Source of the DNA: Marsupella aquatica
Lineage: Eukaryota; Plantae; Marchantiophyta
Assembly: GCA_973895155.1 (NCBI GenBank)
Contig: OZ316892.1
Coordinates: 27,986,307-28,050,306, forward strand
Length of the DNA stretch: 64,000 nucleotides
Direction of reading: 5' to 3'
This document shows, piece after piece, positions 26,201 to 39,337 of the stretch. Position 1 is the first letter of the stretch. Each line of letters starts with the position of its first letter. The translations under genes were made by a program, and so were the position numbers. The notes beneath the pieces were generated by a model. The model did not search any database. It was given only the letters and a program-made list of their open reading frames with translations, and was not told the origin of the DNA.

Positions 26201-28110
26201 AGCACCTGCCCAGCCTACCACCAGTATTATCCGCAAGGATAGCGAAAGAAAGCCTCTGGCTGAAGTCCTTCCGAAGAAAGAATCTTCTGGTTCTGTCAAC
26301 GTCCTTGTTAAGGAAAAAGAAGGAAACGGGCAAGTGCGAGTCATAGTGAAGCAAATGCCGCTACTGCCTGTCGGTGCCACCCCAGAGGATACTCGGCAAC
26401 CTCCAGTCCAGTCTAGTGAGGGGAATGGCCTCAGAGTCGACGCTATCGCCATTAATGGCAGTGGTCCCGAGGTTTCAGGGGTTGACTCTTCTCCACTTCC
26501 TCCAGCTTCAAATCATCGCAGCTCAGACGCGCCGCCAGTTTTGCCCTCTCCCCCTGTTGGTAAAGAGCTTTGTGTCCCTAGCAAAGAAAATATCGATAAA
26601 AAAGAAATAGAAATTGAAGGTTCCTGTACGACTAGTGGAACTCCAGGAGGTGAGGATGACTGGGACGAGTATTATAAGAAGGGCTGGAATCCCCCTGGTA
26701 CCACACCACAAAAGTTCCTGAATATGTTGAGAGTGATACCGCACACTAGAAGGTACTACCAGGCAAGGGCTTTACCTGCTAGAAGGCCCAGCAAAATTGT
26801 TGGTAATGGCAATGGAGAATTGGAGAATGGGCATCCTGAATCCTCTGAGGCTTTGACTCCTGGCGGCGGAAAGAGACCTCAGGCTTTCAATGAGGATACG
26901 CGAGGACCAAAGAGGCAACAGAAGGAGTCAGGTCGTAGTTGTATATCAAGCACTTGTATGGCTTCAGAAGAATTCTTGGTCGTCAATGAGCCTATGGACG
27001 TCGACTCCAGCACTGTTACTGGACCGACACCGCAAGAGAATAGATTGCAATCTAAAATAGAGTCTGCCAATACTGAGAATGGATCTTTGCGGGACAATTT
27101 TGCTTTAAATAAGGTTGGGGATGGCCAGAGGGTTGCCAAAAAACCTCTTGTGTCGACCGTTGACAATGGCCAATCAGTGAGTAACGGACATGTTGAGATT
27201 TCACCTGATCACTTGAAGGAGTCTCTTAAACCCAGGGAGGTTCAACATTCGGGGATTGAGCTGAGGGTTGATAGAGATGTGGAAAATTGCCGAACTTCAG
27301 AAGGTGGGGATGGTGGGTCTGAAAGGAAAACGTTTACAAATGGCCCTAGGTCAGGGAATGGTCTAGAGACCTCAAACGAGACAGTGGTCCCGATGGCTAC
27401 CAACAGTCTCTATGGCACTACAGGTGTGAGATAGTTTTTCGTACCCTACATTTAAGACATCCATCTTACCTCTTCAATTTTTGTTAACTTCCTTTATGCA
27501 GTGAGCCGTCTATTCCAGAATGAGGTTTTCTTAAAGTAGGGTAGCGAACATAGATTGGTGAAGTCCTGTCCCACATGGTTATAGTGACCGATGGTTTCCT
27601 CTGCAGTGCCACGCTGGGGTGAGGTAAACGGGGATGAGCAGTCAGTCAAAGAGATTGAAAGGCTTCTGCAGCACGGGAAGAATGGCAATTTTGAACGAGA
27701 CGTCTGGTGAGTATTTTCGTTTCCTCATAGACATCATTATTTTGAGACTTGATTCTGCCTGGAAGCATTTGCACAAGTGTATTTTTGTGTGGTGAGATTG
27801 GGCTTTTGCCTATGATGTATACTGATCTCTCTATTGGCTCGTCGCCTTTTTGGTTGACAGGGATGTGGAGTATGACAAAGGCAGAAGTAAGAAAATAAAA
27901 AATAGAACCGGAAAGGAACCCTCGAATAATGAGAGTAACGGCTTAGCGAATGGTTTAATCAAGCCTAGTAATCCTTTTCAATCTGTAGGATTTGCAAAGA
28001 AAATGGGCAACGGTGTAAAGAAAGGAAATAGTATTGGCTTCAAAGCAGGATATGGTTATGGTCTTAAGACAGGGAAGAATGTAGGTTCTGCCGGCCCTCA
28101 AACTACGTGA
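23294..28110 (+). CDS. UBP23: Ubiquitin carboxyl-terminal hydrolase, USP36/USP42 (plant UBP23) type, 9 exons
   Basis: Exons 23294-23614, 24331-24445, 24650-24760, 24898-25076, 25246-25572, 25708-25833, 26013-27423, 27607-27706 and 27861-28110. Motifs: Cys box [26 protein letters not shown], His box [21 protein letters not shown]-terminal RRIAFH and C-terminal [16 protein letters not shown]. Confidence 0.93.
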
Positions 28111-29005
28111 TTTCTGAATTCCACACGGATATGTTCTACCTAGCTTTGTGATTTTGAAGTGAGCACATGGGTCCAAGGTTTTCTTCCGATTGGATGCAAT
28201 TCCTATTCCGGTCAGGCATCTCTCTATTGGCTCGTCGCCTTTTTGGTTGACAGGGATGTGGAGTATGACAAAGGCAGAAGTAAGAAAATAAAAAATAGAA
28301 CCGGAAAGGAACCCTCGAATAATGAGAGTAACGGCTTAGCGAATGGTTTAATCAAGCCTAGTAATCCTTTTCAATCTGTAGGATTTGCAAAGAAAATGGG
28401 CAACGGTGTAAAGAAAGGAAATAGTATTGGCTTCAAAGCAGGATATGGTTATGGTCTTAAGACAGGGAAGAATGTAGGTTCTGCCGGCCCTCAAACTACG
28501 TGATTTCTGAATTCCACACGGATATGTTCTACCTAGCTTTGTGATTTTGAAGTGAGCACATGGGTCCAAGGTTTTCTTCCGATTGGATGCAATTCCTATT
28601 CCGGTCAGGCATCTCTCTATTGGCTCGTCGCCTTTTTGGTTGACAGGGATGTGGAGTATGACAAAGGCAGAAGTAAGAAAATAAAAAATAGAACCGGAAA
28701 GGAACCCTCGAATAATGAGAGTAACGGCTTAGCGAATGGTTTAATCAAGCCTAGTAATCCTTTTCAATCTGTAGGATTTGCAAAGAAAATGGGCAACGGT
28801 GTAAAGAAAGGAAATAGTATTGGCTTCAAAGCAGGATATGGTTATGGTCTTAAGACAGGGAAGAATGTAGGTTCTGCCGGCCCTCAAACTACGTGATTTC
28901 TGAATTCCACACGGATATGTTCTACCTAGCTTTGTGATTTTGAAGTGAGCACATGGGTCCAAGGTTTTCTTCCGATTGGATGCAATTCCTATTCCGGTCA
29001 GGCAT
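27825..29005. repeat. 393-bp tandem triplication containing the UBP acceptor site, terminal exon and start of the 3' UTR
   Basis: Units start at 27825, 28218 and 28611. The ORF-track translations are identical and I saw no differences between copies. Confidence 0.95.
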
Positions 29006-31699
29006 GGCACCTTGTATGGTCAGATCTACCAGCCAAGAACTGATATCACGGAATTTGAATCAATTACAGCATGTAAGGTTAGTATTCAGAGGAGTTTTCA
29101 ATCTTATGAATTTCACAGTTGCTTCATAGTGAGCTCTGAAGATGACCGAGTAAAATGTTGTATGGTCAGTATCCAGGAATGTTGACCCGCTCAGTCTGAC
29201 AGTTAAGAAGGTGAGTATAAATCTCAGAAAGATTCTTTGTCGGTGATGACATATGTATGGCCGAATTTCTGCAATGTCTGTACCATCTGCGGATTATATT
29301 ATATATGCAGGGCAGAGCCCTCTTGTCTCAGCAATAAATCTCATTGATCCTGAAGGTCCGACAAAATGAGATTTGTGAATTATTTTGTATATCCCCGGAC
29401 GGTGTCTTCTGACATGCTGATATTGGCATTTCCTAATTTATGAGAGCACTCTGTCTTTGGAATGGCACTCGGCTGATTACTCTCGTCCTGTATCGATCCC
29501 TGGCAGTTCTCCGTCGGTGGAAGTGATTGCAGTTTCAGAAATATAATAAATTGGACAATCCTGCGGTTCTTTTTTTTAGCTTTTATTTTCTACGAAGAGT
29601 GCTCATCAGCCCGATCGGAATTGTGTGTACTGAGAGTCACCAGAAATGTAGATTTAGTATTGTAGTTTGCCGACTTGCCTGCATATTTCCAGTTTTATCG
29701 AGAAGCTACATTATGTCATGTTGTTTGTAGAATGGCAAAGGATCCCATGTCGTCATGTGCGGTACTTCTTTGGAATACTTCGACTTATCTACAGCTCAAC
29801 ACTGTCACATTTAAGTGGCGCTATATTTTTCTGGGTTTTGCTACTGTCATGATTCGTGGAATTCATTGTTGCGTCTTCAGGTTCATACAAGTCACAGTAC
29901 GTTTCTTTTTTGCTTTGCAGATTGTGTGAATATTCGCTCCCTTTTAGACTGATGAGGCTTTTCCTTTCTTTTCAGTTGCTTTAGCGTTGCAGGAAGACCT
30001 CCAGTCGAAGCGCTGAAATGTGATCCGATGACGTGTGATTATGCAAAATGTTGACATGAAAGTCACTTTTGACCTTTTAGTCCATGACCATACTCTATTT
30101 GATCTACGTTGCATGGATTCTCTATTTCAAACCATTGTTCATCTACGAGGCAAGCTCCAGTTTTCTGGTAAGGCTCACAGCTAGCATCGCAAAGTTGTTC
30201 CACTTTCTGGTTGCTACTTTGCTACACTATCTCCGTACTTCCCTGTTCGGCCTTCAGCCTTGTCACTTGCTCTAATCCCATTACTGTCCGGGTTGGTCTC
30301 GCTTGTCCTTGCAAATTGTTCAGGACAGATCGAACTCATTCAAAACAATCGTTTTTATACGTACTGCAAGTAGCTCCAAAACGAGGCACGATGGTAACCC
30401 AAACTTTGGACAGCATGTGAAGAGTAAATCACTGAATCATGCCTTTGCCCTGGGAACCGAGTTGGCTCTGATGTGACAGCTCGTGTTGGCTACATATAGG
30501 GATTAAGGTAAGTATAGACTAGACTATTTGGGCTATAAGGTTGTCTTTACAATACGTTGGGGCCACTAGTGACTTTTTACCAAAGCAGACTGGAGTGACG
30601 CTTCTTGTTGTGACTTCTTCTACCAAAGCAGACTGGAGTGACACTTTTTGTTGCGACTTCTTTTACCAAAGCAGACTGGAGTGACACATTTTGTTCTAAA
30701 GATACGCAGGACCAATCATCTTTTGAATCACAAGCCAATGTTCGGAATGTTTGGATCATCGCAAGTGATCACCTAAAATTCTAGACAGAATAGTCCACTG
30801 CTTGCCATGTAGGATTGATAAGACACTTGAACCGGCCCTGAGTTTTTGTAAAGCTAACTGCACCTCTTTCCCTTCATTATGCACTTCAGATTTAACCCGA
30901 TGGATACGAAGATTTGCCCCCGACTTATTATAAAGCCACCCTTTGAGGACTCATGTATTAGGACACATTGTGGAGCATCAGGAATTTGATAACAAAATTC
31001 TCAGTGATGTCATGGAGAAACTCAGCCAAGTGTCATGATTTACTTGTAAGTCTCATCTGCTATAGGCAAAATGTGGAGGATTGGGGTGCGTGGCCCTACT
31101 GCCTTGAAAAGGGACTCCAGGCCTCGCAGAGTTTTGGCTAGGGCTGGACTATCTCACCCCCCACCTCGCTCACAACCCCAGGTGGCATTTGTGCAGTCAG
31201 GTTGTGAGGGCCATTTTCTGAGTATCACCTGGTATCTCAACCTTGTCGACAACACTTCCATAACCACAACACAACCCAGGTTGCAAGGGCCACATTCTGA
31301 GTATCACATGGTATCTCAACCCTGTTGGTAACGCTTCCAGAACGAGAACACAACCGCCGGACAGCACTTTTGCCCGCCAATATTTTTGCTTTGACAATAC
31401 TTCGCCACTAAGTATTCAATCTGGGCAGATGTGCATGCTTATCAGTGAGGCACGGTTCTAAGATTGGGCAGCAGGCCAAATGCCTCAATACTGACCTACA
31501 TCTTAAGTGTTTTTATGAGATCATTTTGAATTTCTTATGACTGAATTTGTTGCACCAGTAATTCACATTAGTGATATAGGGGCTATAGTATTTATATCCC
31601 ATTTCTGACTGATATCTGGTACTTTACCACAACCTGACAAAGTGTAGATTTAATGTTGTAACTACAACCAAAATTAAAACAGCAAGAGAGTGGCAAGAA

Positions 31700-33978
31700 A
31701 GAGGGCCCATAGCCTCCAGCTTTATCCAAAATGTTTAGATGGACTTTTGCAACCCGGATGTGGAGTGCCTATTTTGTCTATGTTGTTTTTGAGAATTGAC
31801 CTTGTGGAGTAGTCCTTGACAAGTTTCCCGCTGTCAATGTATTGTGTTGCCATTCCCCCATCCATAGACTTCCGTATGACAGCTTGGCCACATGATCTGG
31901 TGTGTTCGATGAAATGTGATTGAGCTTCTTTGCTCAGTGCGTTTGAGCCTGCGTTTGAGCCTTCCCAATGTTGCGCCAGGGATTGGCCCCCATTCAAAGG
32001 AAAGGATGAAATACAGATGTTGCTGTGGTTATCGAGTCCTGTCACTCTTTTTGGTAACAACATAATATAGGGGAGTTTCTGCGTCTGTCTCTCTGAGAAA
32101 TGCTGAAGAATGAGGCTGAGGAACTGGACGGCTGTGATAAACTCTTGCTGGACACGTAAACCTGAGGTTTTGTGAATGCCGATTGGGTGACCCATCACTC
32201 GAAGTGGAACAACATCACTTGTTTTGTATGCCATCACCACGAAACAAACATGGGTTAATTTAAGGGTTCACCTCTTCTCTGGGAGGGAGTAGTGAAGGGT
32301 TGAAGATTGACGAGGCCGAGGTGCGAATTTCTTGTTGGGTCTTTCTTTTTGAGCATTCAGTGATATTCAAATTTGATGTACGGAATACATTTCTGCAAAG
32401 ATGGCTCCTGCAGCTGACTTGAATGTCTTTGCGGCGATCGGGACTCTCGATTATTGTAACAAGTAAGAAGAATCTTGCCTGGTTTCTTCCCTTGTCCTGT
32501 GCGATTCCCTCCTCCGGCCAAAGGCTCTTTGAATGCATGGTCGGACAAACATTTGTCAGGGAGAGCCCTCACATGATGAGAGGCCTTCGGGTGCAGATCA
32601 TCATGGGCCCTTGTCGCTCCTTATTGTCCTCCATTTTGCTTTTTTCCATAATTTGTCAAATCTGTCACAACGGCAGCTGGGGTGTCACTAGATGTCCAAT
32701 CTGCCTGAGGCGACAGTCTATGAAGGACCCATTTCACAGGTGTTTATGAAACGTGTTACTTTGAGGCATCTCCAAAAGAAGCATGCGACTGGACCGGTGC
32801 GTCAATGTGGGACAAGACAGACTGAAATGTTGTCATGCTGTTTGAGGTCCTACTTGGTTATCAAGCTTCAATTGCTCGAACGGTCATGCGAGATTGCTAA
32901 ATTCTTGCACCAGCAAAGTCATTCCCAAGATGTAGACATAAAAAATGACCCAGAATGACCTTTTAAAAAGACACACAAACAGTTCAGATTTTGAAAACTG
33001 TGGCTTTCTTTTTTCTGCCAAGTCCACTGAAAATGGATGTAATCTTTTTTTGTATTGGCAGGCTTGATTTCCTTTGGTCTACTTTTATGGAAGCTTCCAA
33101 ACAATAATCACACAATTATAGATGGTTTATTCAGATTCATACTTAAGGCATTGATCAGCGATGACTATGGTTGTGAGCCATCTCCGAAAGCTAGGAGCGA
33201 CTGGAACTGGACATGATCTGGGGGTTCTCTTGCTTTCCTTCTTTATGCGCTATTGTACTATGCACAACTACAGGACTGATGTGGTGTCTACAAGGTCTGA
33301 CCTTACTGCCTCAAAGCAAGCAAAGGGTGGGTCAACTTGAAAGATCCTGAGCTTCTTTCTGTTGAGAATCCCCTTCATCCCACTTCCGATATAGCCAATG
33401 GATCGAACAAAATTAAGGATGTGTGCACAATTCTTTTGAGAGCAAAGACTCTCCCTTTCACTCACTGGCACCATGACAACATACTTGCAAAACTAGTTGA
33501 CACAAAAGGAAATCCGTATCAGAGTCCAAATGTCCAAGCTGGAAAGTACCTAGGGAGCAAATAGCAAAGAAGAAGACAAAGAAAAAGCAAAAGAAGAAAT
33601 GTGAAACAAAAGGAAGCAAGATGGAAGATGGTCAGCCATTTCACTTGAAAAGAAAACAGAAGGCTCAATGCAAACAGTGTGGTGGTTTGGCGGGAAAAAT
33701 TATGAAGCAGAAGAACAAACTGAAGATGCAACACAAAAAAACAGATCCGAAGGACAGTCAAGTGGTGAAGATGTAGAAACGGTGAAGCAAAAGTAGATAG
33801 AATTTGGATGTCTTCCTCCATCCATGCATGTCTGGTTCTAGTATAGTACAAAAGCATGACGTAGTGGTCATCATGTACCTTGCTTCAAGGAGTAGAGGGC
33901 CTCCTCTATACGTGGAAATCCAGTGAGTTGTCCAAAAATATTCTCCTATGAACAACTAGCCTTGACTCAACCACAACA
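31700..33978 (-). mobile_element. Probable decayed, truncated LTR retrotransposon (Ty3/gypsy-like)
   Basis: On the minus strand a TGTTGTGG...TGTCA block of ~505 bp (33978-33474) is followed immediately by PBS-like TGGTGCCAGTGA. Broken frames follow, with gag-like (TSWE..DLKQHDNI), knuckle-like (TCYNNRES) and protease-like (KLPYIMLLPKRVTGLDN) fragments. No second LTR was found. Confidence 0.4.
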
Positions 33979-34854
33979 TTCAAGCTCCTATATTGGACTC
34001 AAGGGGTTAACTAAGTGTATATTTTGGGTACCACGTGCGATCCTAGCCTAGTATAGGTAGACCTATTTTATAAAGAAAAATTTCCAAGAATATTCTCCAT
34101 TTTCAATATGAATCACTTATTTTACTTTATAATATATATATATATATTAGATAATATTTTATAAACATGAGTTTATGATACCTTCTTTTGCCTCCTACGT
34201 TTTTTAAAATTTTAGTTTATTTATATTAAAAATACATATTTTGGATCGCACATGGTTCTTAAGATTTTTGATAGTCAACCCCCCAAGATATTGGATGCCC
34301 TCAAGCCTTCTAGCAAGGCAAAGCTTAGCTGGTGTAATAATAAGTGTAATAATAAAATCAAAGTAAACATATGCCTTCAGTCCAATCTTGCAAGATAATA
34401 AAAAGAGTTAAAATCCCTAATGAAGAGAATTAAAACTAGCCCAGCTCAAGTGTGCCCAAATCATTACTTCTACAAATGAAAAGCTAGGAAATGATTGCTT
34501 TGTTGGAGGGAATGTAAGACCATAAACCCTACAAAGAATTATACACTTAGTGAGCTAAGTCATGATTGATCTTACCTCAAAATGTTGTTGTAATTCCAAT
34601 AGCTAATCTTAGATATCTCCAACCTTGACTTTACCTTGATTAGATATTGTCTATTTACAGAGTATCCACCTGATGTTCTCAACTATTCACAAAACGCATG
34701 TTACACCATGAATATTAAATATACAAATATTAGAAATAACAATGCAGTTCTGCAATTTTTTTCATCTACTCCAATGGCATTAATGACAATGGATTCCACT
34801 TTAATCTTACCGTGTTTATCTGCTAAGTAATTAATGCTCTTACTAACTTCGTGT

Positions 34855-34930
34855 AAGCCTAAGCCTAAACCCATCCCTACACCCAAACCTAAACCCACGC
34901 CCACGCCCACGCCTACACTAACTCCTACTA
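34855..34930. repeat. Degenerate hexamer repeat (aagcct/aaaccc/acgccc)
   Basis: About 12 hexamers seen directly. Confidence 0.7.
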
Positions 34931-35687
34931 TAGCCGGCCCCACTAACTATTCCACTTAAAGTCGGTGGGAGGAACAGCACCTCCTCCAGGCACCACACTT
35001 CCTCCTGGCACCACACTTCCTCCCGACACCATTGTACCTTGTAGAGATCACCTCCGCAACAATCTCATTCGATGCCGAGCTCCAGCCTCGTCTGCAGTCC
35101 ATGGCAATCCCAATTCCCTCCCCTATTGATCAACCGATCCCCTGCATCCTCCGATTGCGTTCGAAAGCCAGCTCCGCAATGCAGTTCTGCAATTCCTCCT
35201 CCTCCTCCCTCCCCCCTCCTCACTTCAGCAGCGCGCTTATCTCGTTGGTGGCCGAGGAGCTACGATCACCTCTCAGATAAGTCACCCAATCCTCTCGACA
35301 CAAATTAACAATTCCTCCTTCGCCACCTTCCTCTCACTTCAGTAGCTCGTCAGTCAGACGCCGAGATGTGCTATCAAATCCCTTTTGGCGAGCACAAGAT
35401 AAAATACCCGAAGTTTCTAAGCAGTAACGCTCCACGACGTCATAGCCGATGCAATTCTGCTGCAATTGCTCCTCCTCCTTCCTCTCCGTCCCTCCCTCCC
35501 TTCCTTAAGCACCTATGCCATAGCCAAGAGGTTTGACCTCGAACTTAAACGCAGCAATAGTGAGGACCCTCCTTCCTCTCCGTGCCTCCCTCCCTCCCTT
35601 CAGCACGTACCTATGCCATAGCCGAGAGGTTCAACCTTGGACTTAAACGCAGCAATAGTGAGGACGCAGCAATAGTGCGTGAGCAGC

Positions 35688-36093
35688 AAAACTTTATATC
35701 TAATATATCAACGTAGTTACTTGTCTATGTGTTCAATTCAAGGCCGGTCAAGGGAAACCCAACAATGAGTTTATTTATTCATTCATATTCTGATTGTTCA
35801 CTCCACGTAACGGAGTCTAGTGATGTTGGATGTCAACCACCAACTTGTTTTGAGACCTGGTCTGTATGTTATAGTCTCTGTTTAATACAATTTTTTTACA
35901 ATAGAAAATATACGGGTCCACAACATTCTCCTAAGTTCTTCAATCTCGCAATTATCTGGTTATCCCACCACATTGCTGAAAGCTTAACTCATTGGAATAC
36001 TAACTGATTGGAATGAATTTATACAAAAAACTTGGATGAAGAGAAGTTAGAAAATTGCCTTGTAGGATCTAGTTGCAAAACCGTTTCAATCCG
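35688..36093 (-). pseudogene. Inverted decayed fragment of the 14560-15395 gene (exon 1 end, intron 1, exon 2, start of intron 2)
   Basis: The reverse complement reads gattgaaacggttttgcaactagatcctacaag|gc...cag|A GAC TAT AAC ATA CAG ACC AGG TCT CAA AAC..TAG..cattgttgggtttcccttgaccggccttgaattgaa, matching 14848-15220. It has in-frame stops and a GT>GC donor change. Confidence 0.85.
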
Positions 36094-36324
36094 TCTGCTG
36101 TGCTTGCAAGGAAGGGATCTTCGCGTTTGAAGATTTCCTGAGTTCTAGGGGGTTTGACATTGCACAAAGTTGTGCTAAGCTTGAGCTGTAGTCCCTACAT
36201 AATCTTGAGATGGCGATGTCCTAGGTATATTGTGATTTTCTTTGCAATTGTCTGTTAATTTGCAGTACTGTCACTTGTCTTGGCCTACGTGCATAGCTCC
36301 CGCAACAAGTTGGCCAACTTGGTG

Positions 36325-36820
36325 AACCGCAATCTCATGTCCAAAGATCTCTATAGGGCAAAATCACTGATTCCTCAGAAATCATGAAAACCGAGACAGA
36401 CTCCCTTCCAATTGTACAAAGCTAGATGGGCTCTCCCTTCCACTTAAATGATCTCCCAAAAGGTCAGGGTAACCTCATGTCCAAAGATCTGCATGTAGAG
36501 TTTATTGAAAAATCAGCAATTTGGCCCAAACTGTACAAAGCTAGTTGGATTCTCCCTTCCACAGAACCATCTCACAAGAGGTTAATCTCATGTCCAAAGA
36601 TCTCAGCGCAGAGTTTACGGCAAAACCAATGATTCTGCAAAGACAGTACAAAGCTAGACAAACTCTCACATCCACAAAACAATCTTGGAAGAGGTCAAGG
36701 CAATCTTGTGTCCAAAGATCTCAGTACATAGTTGCAAAATCAGCTACTCCAAGGAAATTGTACAAAGCTCAACAGAATCTCCTTCACACAGAACTATCTT
36801 GCAAGAGGTCAGGGCAACTA
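36325..36820. repeat. Degenerate ~115-140 bp tandem repeat, about 4 copies
   Basis: atctcatgtccaaagatct and gtacaaagctag recur at ~36332, 36473, 36586 and 36703. Confidence 0.7.
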
Positions 36821-38513
36821 CATTGCCTGTGGGACCACGGACTTTGGGCACGATTCTGTCATTTCTTCAGGCGTTGTAAACAAGTCTAGGAAAAAGTAAC
36901 ACCAAAGTTTATAAACGAGGTAAAAAATAAAGTACAATGAAAGGAAAGAAAAAGTGTTCCAAAGAAAAAGAGGTCTAAAGAGTACAGACGCTGTAGAGTA
37001 GAGATGCTGTATATGGTAGTTGCTTGTATTGGTAATAAGACAAGATAGTATTTTGTCATTTGATTTTTTCATTTAATAGTTCTAGAAGTGCATTTATTTT
37101 TCTTTGGAGTCCTATAGCAAGGAGATTGAATATTGCTTTTTGTGATTTATTTTTGCACTCTCTGGCAAATTATTTTATCTTTCATTTTTGGCTAGACATT
37201 ACATCACATTGACAGGGCTAAACAATACATCACATTTGAGCGGAAGTTCAGAATGTGTTCTATTCAGGTTTACACCATGAACTGTCTTTATAACTTCTTT
37301 TATTTCAAAATGCGTACATCACAAAAGGTGTAATATGTACATCAGGAACAAGAATGGTGCGGGTAAACCTGTACATCAGGCCTGCCTTACAATCGAGACC
37401 CCAAAATTACTACTGCTACACTTACAGGAGTCTATGTCCAATATGCTGGAGCAAAATGAAGTATAAGTTGCTTGGTTCTAACAAAACCCGCGCCGAAACC
37501 TCTAAACACTGGATTTAATATAGCTGGCCAAAACCAATTCAACAATCTATTTGTCCAACAAGACACATTTAGCAACTAACACCAAGTCTCTAATCTTTAT
37601 CCATATTCTGCTCCTTATGTCTTTTGGACAATCAGTCTTGGTGACCCGCCCATTCTCATCTATGTTCACTGTCTGTTTCTCTCACTCCATCCTGCATCAA
37701 CTCCTATGCAAAATGGACACTACTGCCATTCTCTGTCTCGTTCTCTATTGAGTGGTCGTTCTCTGTAGGACAAGCAATGGGATCATTAGTGAGTCTCAAT
37801 GTAATCTGTTTGCACCATTGGCAGTGTGTCGACAAGTGGGATATATTGTAGCAAGTTGTATGGGTCTATTATTCCCGCCCTTGCAACTTGCAAATGACTG
37901 TCGTCTGCAGGTCTCTGTGGAGGCTCCTCATCCCAGTAGCGGTGTGGCAATCAATATTCCTACTAGTAGTGAGCTTTCCTTCTTTTAGACAGTGCAATCT
38001 ACTTGATGTTGATTCCTTCCTTCAGGTTCTTGGCCTCTTTAACCATTTTTTAGTTAGTATTTTACTCCCGGTTTTACTTGACCTTTGTAGGTGATTTTGA
38101 TTTTACATAGAGTTTAACCTCCCTCTTAACTTCTCCATAGGTTAACTTGCCTGCCGGCTTTGGCTCCTATGTTGCCTTTCTGGGGCCCCCTTCCAGTGGG
38201 TTTTCATGAATTTTACTGGAAAAATTAAAATAAATTAATAAATCTTGAAGTCATTTGCGGGTTATGTTACCTAGAGTATAAGGATAGTCTGGGCCCAGGG
38301 TTACTAGGTTAACAGGGTTATGAGCAGTCTGGGAACAGGGTTCAGGCTAGAACCCCAGCCCAGACAGTCCATATGAATGTAAATATTGTCTGGAAACAAG
38401 TTAATGAGCATGATTTTTTGGGCATCACATTATGGATATGGCAGAGACCTCCAGAATCCCTACACACCGTTGAAAATTTGGTTCTTGACAAAATCTATGG
38501 ATTCTGGCCCTAA

Positions 38514-38945
38514 GAGCATCTCCAATGGTTTAGGGGTCAATGACCTCTAAACTCAAAATATTGCACATCACTTGGAGGCCTAGAAATTAGAATAGTCATC
38601 ATATTGAATTCAATCACGAGGGGTTTACTGTTTTTTTTAAACCTCTATCCCTCCAAAATGATGTGATGTCATACATGGGTTCAAGATCTCAATCATATCC
38701 TGTATCTTGTGACATGTGGTGAAATCTCTCACATAGATGAGTATAGAGGTCAGGATAGAGGTCTCTCTCCTGGCTGCCATTTTTACCAAATATGGAAGTC
38801 AAGGGTTGTGAAAGTGGAGGCTGGCTGCCCAGTTATCTAGGGATAGGGACCACCAGTGGGAAGCCATCCCTCCAAATTCAACCCCTATATGTTCTTTTTA
38901 GAGGTACAGGTGCATTTGACCCTCCCGCTCCCGCTGGAGATGCTC
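38514..38945. mobile_element. Tourist-like MITE (PIF/Harbinger superfamily), 432 bp
   Basis: TIRs GAGCATCTCCA...TGGAGATGCTC flanked on both sides by TAA (38511-38513 and 38946-38948). No coding capacity. Confidence 0.88.
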
Positions 38946-39078
38946 TAACCCGGAGAAGAGCAAACTGGTTGCATATTTTACACCCCTAATCGAAAGGAAA
39001 GAAGTACACATCGGTTTACACACCAAGCCACCAAACCAGAGTATCTTGTTCATGCCACAACCCAGACAAGAGAATAGC

Positions 39079-39337
39079 CCTCATATTGAATTCAATCACA
39101 AGGGGTTCACTGCTTTTTAAATCCTCTATCCCTCCAAATTCAACCCCTATATGTTCTTTTTTAGAGGTTACAGGTGCATTTGACCCTCCCACTCAGCTGG
39201 AGATGCTCTAACCCGGGGAAGAGCAGCATATTTTTGGCCCCTCATAGAAAGGAAAGAAGTACATATGGGATTTACACACCAAGCCACCAAACCAGAGTAT
39301 CCTGTTCATGCCACAACCCAAATAAGAGAATAACCCA
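39079..39337. repeat. Rearranged duplicate of the MITE right end plus its flank
   Basis: Copies ~38598-38655 fused to ~38867-39078, including a second gctggagatgctctaa. Confidence 0.8.

Larger units (their letters stand above)
17285..30922. repeat. Right copy of tandem segmental duplication (retains the UBP gene)
   Basis: The junction at ~17285 joins ...gcccccg (as at 30916-30922) to cgtgaggatgcagc (as at 8659). Confidence 0.9.
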
